From Dehalococcoidia bacterium (GTDB lineage Bacteria; Chloroflexota; Dehalococcoidia; Bin125), in assembly GCA_963662615.2 (NCBI GenBank), contig CAXXSR010000001.1:416001-480000 (forward strand): 64,000 nt of DNA, in the 5' to 3' direction. Below the pieces are notes generated by a model. That model worked only from the letters and a program-made list of their open reading frames with translations. It was not told the origin of the DNA and searched no databases. The first letter of the stretch is position 1. Every line of letters begins with the position of its first letter. A program made the translations under genes and the position numbers. This document shows, in pieces, positions 52,321-61,793 of the stretch.

Positions 52321-53652
52321 ATGGAGATCGAAGCCCGAGAGGCGTCCCCCGGCACCTCAGCGGACCGCAACGCTGTCTGCCCCTTTCTCGGCCTCCGTCA
52401 CGACGTCGCCACCGCCGCGTCCTATGCCACGCGGAGCCACGCCTGCTTCCATTCTTCGAAGCCGGCTGCCATCCGCCTGGACGTGCAGACGCGCTTCTGC
52501 CTGACCGATCAGCACCCACGCTGTCCCGTCTACACGGGTGCGGCGAAGCGCCCCCCGCGGCCTCGCTGGACCGTTCCGGCCATTGGCCGTCGCCAGGCGG
52601 CGGCGTTCACGCTCTTCGCGGTGCTGATCCCGGCGCTGCTGGGCGCGCTCCTGGCGGTCTTCAGCGGCGACGAGGGTGGGGACGCCCCGTCGGCGGCGGT
52701 GACGGCGCCTGCGGCGCTGCGCCCGGCCGATGTGGAGACCGCGGCCGTTCGCGCGGTTGAGGTGACAGGGATTCGCCGGGACGAAGCGCCCGCGGTCCCC
52801 GCGGTGCCCGCCGATGCCGCTGCCGGGGCCGGCTCCACGGACGCGCCCGCCGTGTCTGAAGCGGCCAGCGCTTCGGAACGGCTACTGGGATGGGAGAACG
52901 TCCTGGCGTGGACGGTGGAGCCGGGCGATACACTCTTGGCTCTCGCCGACACTTACGGCACGACTGTGGAGGCGATCGCCGTCTACAACAGGCTGGCGGA
53001 CGCCTTCACGATCCTCGCTGGGGAGTCCCTCTCGATCCCGGTGGGGTTCGCCGAGCCGCTCGGCGAGGAGGTGACGGCGACCGTCCGCTCGGCCCCGGCC
53101 GCCGCCGAGGGCGCGGAGCCGCCGCCGTTGGTGGCTCCCGAGGAGTTGCTCAACTGGCCCGACATCGAGAGCTGGGAGGTGCAAGACGGCGATAACCTCG
53201 CCGCTATTGCGCGCGACTTCGACACGACCGTGGAGGCGATCGCCCTCTACAACGAGATCGATTCAGTCGCCACGCTCTTCGTCGGCGCGGTGGTCCTGGT
53301 GCCGGTGGGATACCCGCCCGGGCCGGCCGTAGAGGAGGTGGCGAGCGAGGATGGAGGGGAGGGTGAGGTTATCACTGCACCCGTTGCTCCCGCTGCACCC
53401 GACGAGGATCCGCAGGCGGCGCTTCGCGACTGGCAGGAGGTCGTGGAGGTGACGGTGGCGACGGGCGACTCGTTCTTCAGCATCGCACAGCGCTTCAGCA
53501 CGTCCGTGGAGGCGATCGCATTTCTGAACGACATTGATCCCCGCGATCCGCTCTTCGCCGGCGCGGCGGTCCTGGTACCGGTCGGATTCGTTGAACCGCT
53601 GTCGCTGGAGGCGGCGCTGGTTGAGGTGGCCGCTCCCGTCGAGAGCGGCTAA
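52321..53652 (+). CDS. Membrane protein with N-terminal Cys/His-rich domain and three LysM domains
   Basis: CPFLG...HAC...FCL...HPRCP; one TM helix; WTVEPGDTL, WEVQDGDNL, VTVATGDSF. Confidence 0.88.
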   Translation: MEIEAREASPGTSADRNAVCPFLGLRHDVATAASYATRSHACFHSSKPAAIRLDVQTRFCLTDQHPRCPVYTGAAKRPPRPRWTVPAIGRRQAAAFTLFAVLIPALLGALLAVFSGDEGGDAPSAAVTAPAALRPADVETAAVRAVEVTGIRRDEAPAVPAVPADAAAGAGSTDAPAVSEAASASERLLGWENVLAWTVEPGDTLLALADTYGTTVEAIAVYNRLADAFTILAGESLSIPVGFAEPLGEEVTATVRSAPAAAEGAEPPPLVAPEELLNWPDIESWEVQDGDNLAAIARDFDTTVEAIALYNEIDSVATLFVGAVVLVPVGYPPGPAVEEVASEDGGEGEVITAPVAPAAPDEDPQAALRDWQEVVEVTVATGDSFFSIAQRFSTSVEAIAFLNDIDPRDPLFAGAAVLVPVGFVEPLSLEAALVEVAAPVESG

Positions 53653-53689
53653 TCGGTGGCTGCAATCCCGCGGCGGCAGGCGGCGACTG

Positions 53690-54076
53690 CTAGCTATCGA
53701 AGGTCACGTCTCGTCGCGCGAACTTCCAGGCGCCGTCGACTCGCCGCAGCGTGTCGTTGTAGATCCCGGTGATGACGGACTGGCCGCCCTGCTTCGTGTC
53801 AATGACGTTGAGGTAGCAGGTCAGCGTTGCGCTGTCGCCGTCGCCGTCGATGATGACGCTGTTGACCCAGTGGCGGAGCACGAGCCGAGCCGGGTCGCGC
53901 TGCTGCAGGTAGCGGCGGAGGCCGTCGTGCCCCTCGGCGCGGCCCAGGGGTGAGTCCATCACCCCGTCCCCCGTAAAGGTGGCGGCCCAGGCGTCGGCGT
54001 TGCCGGTGTCGATGGCCTGGTTGTAGCGCCCGATCAGCTCCAGAATCTCCACCCGGTCCGCCGCTGCAATTGGCAC
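53690..54076 (-). CDS. SnoaL/NTF2-like protein, copy 1
   Basis: EILELIGRYNQAID.G.ADAWAATFT.DG; GIYNDTLRRVDGAWKF. Confidence 0.92.
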   Translation of the reverse strand: MPIAAADRVEILELIGRYNQAIDTGNADAWAATFTGDGVMDSPLGRAEGHDGLRRYLQQRDPARLVLRHWVNSVIIDGDGDSATLTCYLNVIDTKQGGQSVITGIYNDTLRRVDGAWKFARRDVTFDS

Positions 54077-54104
54077 GGTTCCCTCCCTGTCTCTGACGAA
54101 CCGC

Positions 54105-54491
54105 CTAGGCGTCCAGCGTCACCTTGCGACGGCTGAACTTCCAGGCGCCGTCCACCCTGCTTAAGGTGTCGTGGTAAATGCCGGTCTCGGCGGAGCGCTC
54201 AAGGTTGGTGGTGTCCAGGACGTTGAGGTAGCAGGTCAGGGTGGCGGTGTCGCCGTCCCCCTCAATCACGACGCCGTTGACCCAGTGGCGCAGTTTGCGG
54301 CGGGCGGGATCCATGTCCGCCATCCGCTGCCTGATGGCGGCTCGACCGTGGGGCTGGGCGTAGGGCGACTCCAGGACGCCGTCCTCTGTAAAGGTGTCCG
54401 CCCAGGCGTCGCCGTCGCCGCTGTCGAGGGCGTGGTTGTAGCGCGCGATCAATTCAATGATCTCGATCTTGTCGGCCGCCGAGAGCGCCAT
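54105..54491 (-). CDS. SnoaL/NTF2-like protein, copy 2 (tandem paralogue)
   Basis: Shares LRHWVN.V.I.GDGD.ATLTCYLNV with copy 1. Confidence 0.92.
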   Translation of the reverse strand: MALSAADKIEIIELIARYNHALDSGDGDAWADTFTEDGVLESPYAQPHGRAAIRQRMADMDPARRKLRHWVNGVVIEGDGDTATLTCYLNVLDTTNLERSAETGIYHDTLSRVDGAWKFSRRKVTLDA

Positions 54492-54637
54492 GTCTCATTT
54501 CCCCTGGTCAGCGGCTGCGCCGGTCGCGGAGGCGACGGCACGGGTCGCGCGCCGGAGGCATGATAAGCGCCGCGCGGGGACGAGGGTAGGGCCGTTGCGC
54601 TTGGGCAGATGCGCCTGACCACGTGCGAGGGGCGCCG

Positions 54638-54967
54638 TTAGGGCAAGGCCGCGAGCCGGTCGCGTCCGGCAGCCGCAAGCGACCAGCCCTCCGCTGCTTC
54701 CGAGACCCACCCGGCCACGGCTGCCTCCCGCAGCGCCGCCGCTACGCTCTCGGGGGCCAGGCTCGCGCCGCATTCCGACGCCAGCAGCGCGATGAGGTTG
54801 GGGCTGAGCGGCCGTCGGTCGGCGCCGGCGTAGGCGTCCAGGAGCCAGAGCACGCGCTCGACGACGCCGGTGCAGCGGGCGAAGCGCTCGACGTCGGCGG
54901 GCCTGAACTGGAGCAGCGCCGGCAATCGCGCGGCTTCCTCATCGTTGAGGCTGACGCGCGGCCCCAT
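54638..54967 (-). CDS. Small hypothetical protein, possible winged helix
   Basis: VAAALREAAVAGWVS...WSLAAAGRDRL resembles a wHTH C-terminus. Confidence 0.55.
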   Translation of the reverse strand: MGPRVSLNDEEAARLPALLQFRPADVERFARCTGVVERVLWLLDAYAGADRRPLSPNLIALLASECGASLAPESVAAALREAAVAGWVSEAAEGWSLAAAGRDRLAALP

Positions 54968-55044
54968 CCGCTGCTCCTTCCGTCGCGCGGCCAGTATCCC
55001 CGCTATCCTGCTGGGCGGCCATCAGCCTGCTGGGCGGCTATGTA

Positions 55045-55251
55045 ACGAAGGCAGGCGACGAAGGCAGGCGACGAAGGCAGGCGACGAAGGCAGGCGACGA
55101 AGGCAGGCGACGAAGGCAGGCGACGAAGGCAGGCGACGAAGGCAGGCGACGAAGGCAGGCGACGAAGGCAGGCGACGAAGGCAGGCGACGAAGGCAGGGA
55201 CGAAGGCAGGCGACGAAGGCAGGCGACGAAGGCAGGCGACGAAGGCAGGCG
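55045..55251. repeat. 13-bp tandem array x16 (acgaaggcaggcg); unit 12 is 12 bp
   Basis: Counted directly; no spacers; ends at the SD of the downstream gene. Confidence 0.97.
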
Positions 55252-55265
55252 ACAAAGGAGAGCGC

Positions 55266-56453
55266 ATGAGCGGACCGCTGGACGGCGTTCGCGTCCTGGA
55301 CTTCAGCTGCTTTCAGCAAGGTCCCTACGCCAGCGTGATGCTGGCAGCGCTGGGCGCGGAGGTCTGGAAGGTTGAGCGGCGCGATGGCGGCGACCCCGGC
55401 CGCCGGCTCGACGTTGGCCCCGACGGTTTCAGTCGCTACTTCGAGGCGCACAACCGCGGCAAGCGATCGCTCACCCTGGACATCAGCGGCGACGCCGGTC
55501 GTGAGGTCGCGCTTCGGCTGGGGGAGCGGGTGGAGGTGGTGATGGAGAACTTCCGCCCCGGCGTGATGGAGCGCTTGGGACTGGGCTACGGCGCTTTCCG
55601 GGCGCGAAACGCGGGCGTGATCATGCTCTCCGCCTCCGCCTTCGGCGCCGAGGGCCCGCTGGCCAGGCGGCCCGGCTACGACGTGACCGGCCAGGCCATG
55701 GGCGGCCTGATGACGCTGCTGTCCCGCGGCGCGGATGCGGAGCCCACCACCTTGCCCGGCGGCTTCGCCGACCAGGTGGGCGCCATGCAAGCGTGCGTGG
55801 CGGTGCTGGCGGCGCTGCTGGCGCGGGAGCGGACGGGTCAGGGCCAGCACGTGGACGTGTCGCTGTTGGGGTCGCAGATCGATCTGCAGGCGGTGTATCT
55901 GACCGGCTTCCTCCACGACGGCGCGCAGCCGTTCCAACGTCGGCGGCGCACCCCCACGTTCACCTTCTACTGCGCCGGCGACGGTCGCTGGTTGGTGATC
56001 GGTGTGATCGATCCGCGTACATGGCAAGCGCTGTGTCGCGCGATGGAGCTGCCCGAGCTGCTCGACGACGATCGCTTCCAGCGGGGCCGAGCGCGACTCG
56101 AGAACAGTGACGCCTTGGAAGCGATTCTGGAGGAGCGGTTCGCGCAAGCCGACCGCGAGAGCTGGCTGCGGCGCTTGGAGGAGGCCGATATTCCCTCCGC
56201 CCCGGTCAACGACTACGCCGCGGTGACCGGCGAAGAGCAGGCCTGGCGCAACGGCTATTTCGCGAAGGTGAGGCATCCGGAATTCGGTTCGATCAACGTG
56301 CCCGGCGTCCCCTGGCGCTTCAGCGCGACGCCGGCGACGGCGTCGGCGGCGGCGCCGGAGCCGGAGCTGGGCGCCGATGCGGAGTCGATTCTCCAGGAGG
56401 CGGGCTACAGTGAGGCCGAGATCGCCGGCCTGCGCGATGCCGACATGATCTAG
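55266..56453 (+). CDS. CaiB/BaiF family III CoA-transferase
   Basis: PLDGVRVLDFS...GPYA, HNRGKRSLTLD, ENFRPGVMERLG, RPGYD, ADQVGA. Confidence 0.95.
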   Translation: MSGPLDGVRVLDFSCFQQGPYASVMLAALGAEVWKVERRDGGDPGRRLDVGPDGFSRYFEAHNRGKRSLTLDISGDAGREVALRLGERVEVVMENFRPGVMERLGLGYGAFRARNAGVIMLSASAFGAEGPLARRPGYDVTGQAMGGLMTLLSRGADAEPTTLPGGFADQVGAMQACVAVLAALLARERTGQGQHVDVSLLGSQIDLQAVYLTGFLHDGAQPFQRRRRTPTFTFYCAGDGRWLVIGVIDPRTWQALCRAMELPELLDDDRFQRGRARLENSDALEAILEERFAQADRESWLRRLEEADIPSAPVNDYAAVTGEEQAWRNGYFAKVRHPEFGSINVPGVPWRFSATPATASAAAPEPELGADAESILQEAGYSEAEIAGLRDADMI

Positions 56454-56475
56454 TCGCGGCGCGCTTTTCGCGCCG

Positions 56476-57102
56476 TCAGCCGCCGGTGACTGTTGCGATG
56501 CCTTCGCTGATGTCGACACGGTAGGGAGGATTGTTGAGGTCGAGCTCTTCGAGTGCTTCGTTGACCCCGTCTTCAACTTCGTCCTTGGCGCCGAAGGCGT
56601 CCACGAGGAATCCAGTGCTCCCCACATCGAAGTCGTCGATCTCGAAGACGGGGACATTCCCGCTCAGGACGATCCGACCGCGGATTTTCACAGAGATATC
56701 GGGGAAGACTTGGACGTCGACCTTGCCCTTGCCCTCGGCGATGCCGTCCGCGAACAGGCAGATCGTGACCTCCTTGATCTCTTCAATGTCCTCGTCAACA
56801 AGGAACGCCTGAGCACGCTGCGTGAGCTCCGACTCATCGAACGCGACGGTGCTGCGCTGTCCACCGGCAACCCGACTATCGAACGCGTCCCACTTGCCGT
56901 CGAAGGCTGCGGAGGTGTGGGGGGACGCGTCGATTTCGCGGTCGTCGCATTCAGCATCGAGATTCGGGCCCCCGACGTAGACGAGCCCGGCGGCACCGGC
57001 AAGAATGAGCGTAACGCCGGTTGCAAGCAGGACCCCGACAAGTGCCTTCGGTGTGGTTGAGATGACGATCGGCATGCGTACCCCGAGAAGGCGCGGCTTC
57101 AC
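56476..57102 (-). CDS. Membrane-anchored acidic hypothetical protein
   Basis: N-terminal TM helix followed by a beta-rich acidic domain; start may be ATG 57075. Confidence 0.7.
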   Translation of the reverse strand: MKPRLLGVRMPIVISTTPKALVGVLLATGVTLILAGAAGLVYVGGPNLDAECDDREIDASPHTSAAFDGKWDAFDSRVAGGQRSTVAFDESELTQRAQAFLVDEDIEEIKEVTICLFADGIAEGKGKVDVQVFPDISVKIRGRIVLSGNVPVFEIDDFDVGSTGFLVDAFGAKDEVEDGVNEALEELDLNNPPYRVDISEGIATVTGG

Positions 57103-57105
57103 CCG

Positions 57106-57255
57106 TTATGAGTGTGCGTCGTTGGGCGGATACAATTCGATGCGCACCAAACCCGCGATTGATATCGATTTCGGACGCATGCCCGCCGCCAAGAGGAGCG
57201 CAACCAGGACGAACACGAAGCCGCCTCCGACCAGAGCCAAGAAGACCTCCGTCAA
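57106..57255 (-). CDS. Small (49 aa) single-TM protein absent from the ORF track
   Basis: GGGAGGG-5 nt-TTG; MTEVFLALVGGGFVFVLVALLLAAGMRPKSISIAGLVRIELYPPNDAHS*; stop is 3 nt before the next gene's GTG. Confidence 0.6.
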   Translation of the reverse strand: MTEVFLALVGGGFVFVLVALLLAAGMRPKSISIAGLVRIELYPPNDAHS

Positions 57256-57509
57256 CCTAGCCCTCCCGTTTCGATGCCTGTCCGTTCATCCCGCCGCCGC
57301 CGCGCCCGTGTCGCATCGGCTACGCCTCTGAGGCACGAATAATACATCCGTCCTGTTTTCGGCGTGATCGAATGTCGGAGTGCGCTTCATCAGCATTCGA
57401 AATTGGAACAGCTGTGGTTTGGCGCCCCACGGCGGATCAGCCGGCAGCGTACTCAACTGGCAGCGCGCCTCGGCCGCGACGAGTGCTGCCAAAAGCGTCG
57501 ATCTAGTGC

Positions 57510-57688
57510 GCCGTTCGTCCTTCGACCCTTCGGCAAGCTCAGGACAGGCAAGCTCAGGACGAAGGGTCTTTTCAGCGCGCGCTCGCGGCTCGTCTGAGCC
57601 GGCGCGGCGGCGGTGACCGCTCGCGCCGGCGTCGGATGGCCGGGTGATGTCAGTCCCGTTCGTCCTTCGACAGGTTCAGTACGAACGG
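57510..57688. repeat. REP/BIME-like mosaic
   Basis: ccgttcgtccttcgac...caagctcaggacgaa, a degenerate 80-bp unit, and ccgttcgtccttcgacaggttcagtacgaacgg. Confidence 0.8.
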
Positions 57689-57733
57689 AACCGGTGTGTC
57701 CTCCGACTTTGTGACTGGCGCACGACGAGTGTG

Positions 57734-58150
57734 CTAGTCGAACGCGATGGTGGCGCTGCCGCGGAGGGAGCGATCGCCGTTGGGGTTGTCGATGTAGAGC
57801 TCCATGTCCACGAGCCGCTCTCCGTCCGCTTCATAGGTGCGCGTCACCACGCCGCTGAGGGTCAGCTCCGCGTCCTGCACGTCGGGCCGGCGGTGCGCCA
57901 CCTGGAGGCGACGGATGGCGCCGCTCCCGCCCAGCCAGCTACTGAGGTACTGCTGCAGGAAGGCGTGCTTCATGGGACCAGGGACCACGAGTCCCGCCAG
58001 TCCCATCCTTTCCGCCGTCGCGGGGTCGTAGAATTGTGAGCCCCACATCCAGGACGCGCCGAGGAACTGCAACACGCGCAGGCGCGTGGGCGTGCGCGTG
58101 GCCGGCGGGATGGCGTCGCCCTCGTGCAGCGACTCGAAGTTGACGGTCAC
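57734..58150 (-). CDS. MaoC-like hot-dog fold dehydratase subunit
   Basis: FESLHEGDAIP, AERMGLAGLVVPG, RGSATIAF. Confidence 0.8.
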   Translation of the reverse strand: MTVNFESLHEGDAIPPATRTPTRLRVLQFLGASWMWGSQFYDPATAERMGLAGLVVPGPMKHAFLQQYLSSWLGGSGAIRRLQVAHRRPDVQDAELTLSGVVTRTYEADGERLVDMELYIDNPNGDRSLRGSATIAFD

Positions 58151-58632
58151 GACTCGCCTCCGTCCGACCGCCGGTTGTAATGGGTGATCGTGCGCCGCGT
58201 GCGCGCCACCTCCACGCCGTCGCGGTTGGTGTAGCGCCACTCGTGGTGCACGAAGAGCGAATGCCCTACGCGCCCGCCGATGCGCTCCTGGATGTCAACG
58301 ATGCGCGGCGTCACGGTGAGGACGTCGCCCAAGCGAAGCGGCGCCAGCATCCGCATCTCATCGGCGGCCATGAGGCGGTGTTCGGGGAGGCCGGGCAGGG
58401 ATTGAGGCCGCAAGCGCGCGTAGGTGGTGAAGATGGCCCAGTGCGGCACGACGGCGGCGGCGTCGTCGCCGGCGAGCGCGGCCTCCAGTTGCGGGTCGTT
58501 CGCTTCCAGCGCCTCGGCCATGCGCGTGACAAGCTCGCGGCTGATCTCGACGGTGAAGGAGCGGCCGTCTTTGCCGATGGCCGCGTTCATGGCGGGGGTG
58601 ATCATGCTCTCGTCGTGGGGGTCGTCGGGCAT
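58147..58632 (-). CDS. MaoC N-terminal/FAS1-like hot-dog fold protein
   Basis: APLRLGDVLTV..RIVDIQERIGG..G..LFV..EWRYTNRDGVEVA; coupled to the MaoC-like gene. Confidence 0.82.
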   Translation of the reverse strand: MPDDPHDESMITPAMNAAIGKDGRSFTVEISRELVTRMAEALEANDPQLEAALAGDDAAAVVPHWAIFTTYARLRPQSLPGLPEHRLMAADEMRMLAPLRLGDVLTVTPRIVDIQERIGGRVGHSLFVHHEWRYTNRDGVEVARTRRTITHYNRRSDGGES

Positions 58633-58730
58633 GGCGGCTCCCGGAGGCGCCCGTGGCGGGCCGTTGGTGCGGACGCGTTGCTGGGGACGCGTTGGTGGGG
58701 ACGATAGAGGGCAGGGATGGCTGCCCACAA

Positions 58731-58798
58731 CTTCCCCGGATACTAGAGTTCCCCGGACACTAGGGTTCCCCGGACACTGGGGTTCCCCGGCTACAAGG
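58731..58798. repeat. 17-bp tandem repeat x4 (gttccccggacactagg)
   Basis: Units start at 58731, 58748, 58765 and 58782. Confidence 0.88.
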
Positions 58799-58819
58799 GT
58801 CTCAGTGAGCTTGGGCGGG

Positions 58820-59284
58820 TCAGTCGCAGGAGCCGGAGAGGTAGGCTTCGATCTGCTCGCGGTGCTCCGCGTAGTGTTCGAGGGCGGCGAGGTGGACGAT
58901 GCGGTTGGCCGTGCGGCCGTCGCCGTAACGCTCGTCGGGGATGGCCGCGGCAGCGGCGCGAAAGGCGGCGTGCGAGCGCTCGAAGGCGGCCAGCGCCTGC
59001 GCCATCGACTGGTCGCCGCGGACCTCCACGAACTTCGCGTTCCAAGCGTCCGCGTTGCTGTAGTCCGCGCCCTCCCGCATAGCGCGCTCGCCACGCGCCA
59101 GCCGCTGCAACCCCTCGCCCATCTCGACCAGCCAGCCGTCGATGTGCTGGAGCACGTTCACGACCGACCATGATCCCACGGCGCCCTGCCAGGTCCCGTG
59201 GGGCTCGTCAATCCCGCCGACCAGGGCATGCAGGGCGTTGTAGCGATCGTCCAGGGCCGCCAGCGTTTCCGGTTTCGTCGCCAC
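58820..59284 (-). CDS. DinB/YfiT-like four-helix bundle protein
   Basis: WSVVNVLQHIDGW, EHYAEHREQI. Confidence 0.88.
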   Translation of the reverse strand: MATKPETLAALDDRYNALHALVGGIDEPHGTWQGAVGSWSVVNVLQHIDGWLVEMGEGLQRLARGERAMREGADYSNADAWNAKFVEVRGDQSMAQALAAFERSHAAFRAAAAAIPDERYGDGRTANRIVHLAALEHYAEHREQIEAYLSGSCD

Positions 59285-59313
59285 GGAGGGGTCCTCTTCC
59301 TGTGCGCGCGGCC

Positions 59314-60027
59314 TTAGTCCGGCAGGATCAGCCCGGAGCTGCTGCTCCGTTCGCCGGCGGCGCGGGCGGCAAGCGCTTTGCGGATGAAGGGGTTGGAGTC
59401 ACGCTCGGCGGCGATGGTGGTCTGCTGCATGTGCCCGGGCAGGACGACGGTCTCGTCCGGCAGCCGCAGCAGCTTGTCGACGATGCTGGCCATCTCTTGC
59501 TCGTAGTCGCCGCCGGGCAGGTCGGTGCGGCCAATGCTGCCGCGGAAGAGGGTATCGCCGCTGAAGAGCAGTTGGTTGGCGTAGTAGCAGACGCTGCCCT
59601 GCGTGTGGCCGGGGGTGTGGAAGACGCGCAGGGAGAGGCCGTCCACGTCAACGCTGTCGCCCTCATCAAGAAAATGATCCGGCGCCGGCGCCGGATCCGC
59701 TTCAATCCCGAAGCGCTTGGCGCTCTCCACCAGGCTGCGCGCGATCTCCAGATCGTCGCGGTGCAGGAGGAAGGGGGCGCCGGTCTTCGCCTGGACCTCG
59801 CGCACTCCCAGGACGTGGTCCAGGTGCGCGTGCGAGTTGGCGATCACCTTGATGGTGACGCCCATCTCCGCAGCCATGTGGAGGATGTCGTCCGCCTGGT
59901 CGCCCGGGTCGATGCAGATCGCCTCACGCGTGCGGCGGTTGCCGACGACCCAACAGTTCTCCTCGAACAGGCCCACCAGGATGCCGCGCACCTCGATCTC
60001 GTTGACCGTCGGCGTCTCAGAGGCCAT
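59314..60027 (-). CDS. MBL-fold metallo-hydrolase (glyoxalase II/GloC-like)
   Basis: HAHLDH, HTPGHT, FSGDTLF, GRTDLPGG, PGH. Confidence 0.94.
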   Translation of the reverse strand: MASETPTVNEIEVRGILVGLFEENCWVVGNRRTREAICIDPGDQADDILHMAAEMGVTIKVIANSHAHLDHVLGVREVQAKTGAPFLLHRDDLEIARSLVESAKRFGIEADPAPAPDHFLDEGDSVDVDGLSLRVFHTPGHTQGSVCYYANQLLFSGDTLFRGSIGRTDLPGGDYEQEMASIVDKLLRLPDETVVLPGHMQQTTIAAERDSNPFIRKALAARAAGERSSSSGLILPD

Positions 60028-60127
60028 GGCGATCCCTCAATCTCGCCTCGGCGGCGTCGGGGGATGGGCGCTAGCGCAGGACCGTTCAGGCATCGTCTCA
60101 GGCATTGGCTCAGGCATCGGCTGGGGC

Positions 60128-61039
60128 TCAGGCATTGGCCGGGGGCTCGGCGGTATCGTCCTCGTCGCCGCTATTGCCGCCGTCATCGCCGCCCAGCAGG
60201 CGATTCACTTCGTCCAGCACGTCGGCGCTGCTGAGCGGCGGACGCTCGAGCTCCTGCCCCTCCGCGTCGCCGGCGGCGGCCTCCAGCTTCTGCACGTACT
60301 CGCGCATCTCCGGATTCTGCTTGAGCGCTTCGGTCACCTGCGCTTCATAGCGACGGGAACGGCTGTCGAGGTCCGCCAGGTCCAGCTCCAGGCCGTAGAT
60401 CTGGCTGAGGCGAAGCAGCAGCGCCTGCGTGGCACGCGGGTTCTGTCCGACCGAGACGTAATGGGGGACGCTCGCCCAGAGGCTGATGTGCGCCACGTCC
60501 GCCCGGCGGCAGGCGTCCGCGACGGCGCCCACGATGCCCGTGGGCCCTTCGTACCGCGATGGCTGGAAGCCCAGCTCGGATGCCCGCTCGGCGCGGCTGG
60601 CGCTGCCAATGATGGGGACGGCGCGGGTGTGGGGCGTGTCGGCGAGCAAGGCGCCCAGCGTCACGATCTCGTGGACGTTCATGGCGGCGGCCAGCTCCAT
60701 GACCAGGCCGGCGAACGCCTTCCATTTCAGGTTGGGCTCCGTCCCCAGCCCCAGGATGATGTCGCGGTCACCCTGGCCGGGGTGCATGGGGGTGAAGTCC
60801 ATGACCGGCCAGCGAATCTCGCGGCTCTGTCCATTGACGTAACGAATGTGCGGGCGCTGGTCCGTGAAGACGAAGAACTCATCCGGGTCGATATGGGCGA
60901 AACGTTGCCCGCGCGCGCGCCGGCGCAGGTAGCGCACCGCGCCGCTGGCCGACTCCGCGCCGTCGTTCCAGCCGAAGAACGCCGTGACCAGAATGGGGTC
61001 CCGCAGGGTGGGGCGACGATCGATCGTCAGCGCGCTCAT
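60128..61039 (-). CDS. PAC2 (proteasome assembly chaperone-like) family protein
   Basis: AFFGWNDGAESAS, GTEPNLKW, LGALLADTPHTR, YEGPTGIVG, WASVPHY. Confidence 0.93.
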   Translation of the reverse strand: MSALTIDRRPTLRDPILVTAFFGWNDGAESASGAVRYLRRRARGQRFAHIDPDEFFVFTDQRPHIRYVNGQSREIRWPVMDFTPMHPGQGDRDIILGLGTEPNLKWKAFAGLVMELAAAMNVHEIVTLGALLADTPHTRAVPIIGSASRAERASELGFQPSRYEGPTGIVGAVADACRRADVAHISLWASVPHYVSVGQNPRATQALLLRLSQIYGLELDLADLDSRSRRYEAQVTEALKQNPEMREYVQKLEAAAGDAEGQELERPPLSSADVLDEVNRLLGGDDGGNSGDEDDTAEPPANA

Positions 61040-61124
61040 ACTCGCAGGATAGCCGTGCGCCGGGGCTCGGCGCCAAGAGCGCGCGCGCCGGCGCCTCACT
61101 CGGTCTCAGGCGGAGCCGCTCACG

Positions 61125-61784
61125 CTAATACAAGGTGACCAGCTCCGGCGGCAGGTGGCGGACGTCATTCAGGCGCAGCACCGTGGAGGCGTAGGGCGCC
61201 CCGTCGGGATGGCGGCCCTGGGGCCAGTGCCGGATCTCCGTGAGGGAGGCGTTGAAGGGCTCGACGATGGTGTGCCAGTCGTGCTGGGACGAGAGCCCGT
61301 AGGCCCAGCGCATGGCCGCGGCAATGGCGCCGGCGTGCGAGAAAACGGCCACCGTGGCCCCGAGATGGCGCTCCGCGACGCCGGTCAAGAACTCGGCGAC
61401 GCGGGCATGGAACTGGCCTAACGTTTCGCCGTCGTGCGCCAACTGGTCGTGCGGCCGCCACAGCGCGAGGTGCCGCCGCGTCGCGATGATCTCAGCGATG
61501 GCGGCGGCGCCATCGTCCCCCATCTGAAACTCGACCAGCCGCGGGTCTTCGGCGTAGGCGCAGCCCAGGCGCTCCCGCGTCGGCCGCGCTGTCTCCACTG
61601 CGCGGGTGTAGGGGCTGCTGAAGATGGCGTCAATGCGGTCGCGCGCCAACTCCGCGGCGACGCGCTCCGCTTGTTTCCGGCCCTGAGCGGTGAGCGGCGC
61701 TTCAGCTCCGTAGCTGATCCCCGGGCCGCCGGCCTGTCCGTGCCGGATCAGGATCAGGCGCACCGACGGTTGCTCGGGCGGCAC
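61125..61784 (-). CDS. Histidine phosphatase family protein
   Basis: LILIRHG, FSSPYTRAVETA, VFSHAG, LNDVRHL. Confidence 0.92.
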   Translation of the reverse strand: MPPEQPSVRLILIRHGQAGGPGISYGAEAPLTAQGRKQAERVAAELARDRIDAIFSSPYTRAVETARPTRERLGCAYAEDPRLVEFQMGDDGAAAIAEIIATRRHLALWRPHDQLAHDGETLGQFHARVAEFLTGVAERHLGATVAVFSHAGAIAAAMRWAYGLSSQHDWHTIVEPFNASLTEIRHWPQGRHPDGAPYASTVLRLNDVRHLPPELVTLY

Positions 61785-61793
61785 GCGGCGAAC

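Noticed and set aside
55045-55251. Possible CRISPR array
   Set aside because: The 13-bp units are contiguous with no spacers, and there are no cas genes in the window.
58731-58798. gttccccg repeats resembling the type I-E CRISPR repeat start
   Set aside because: The period is only 17 bp, with no unique spacers and no repeat palindrome.
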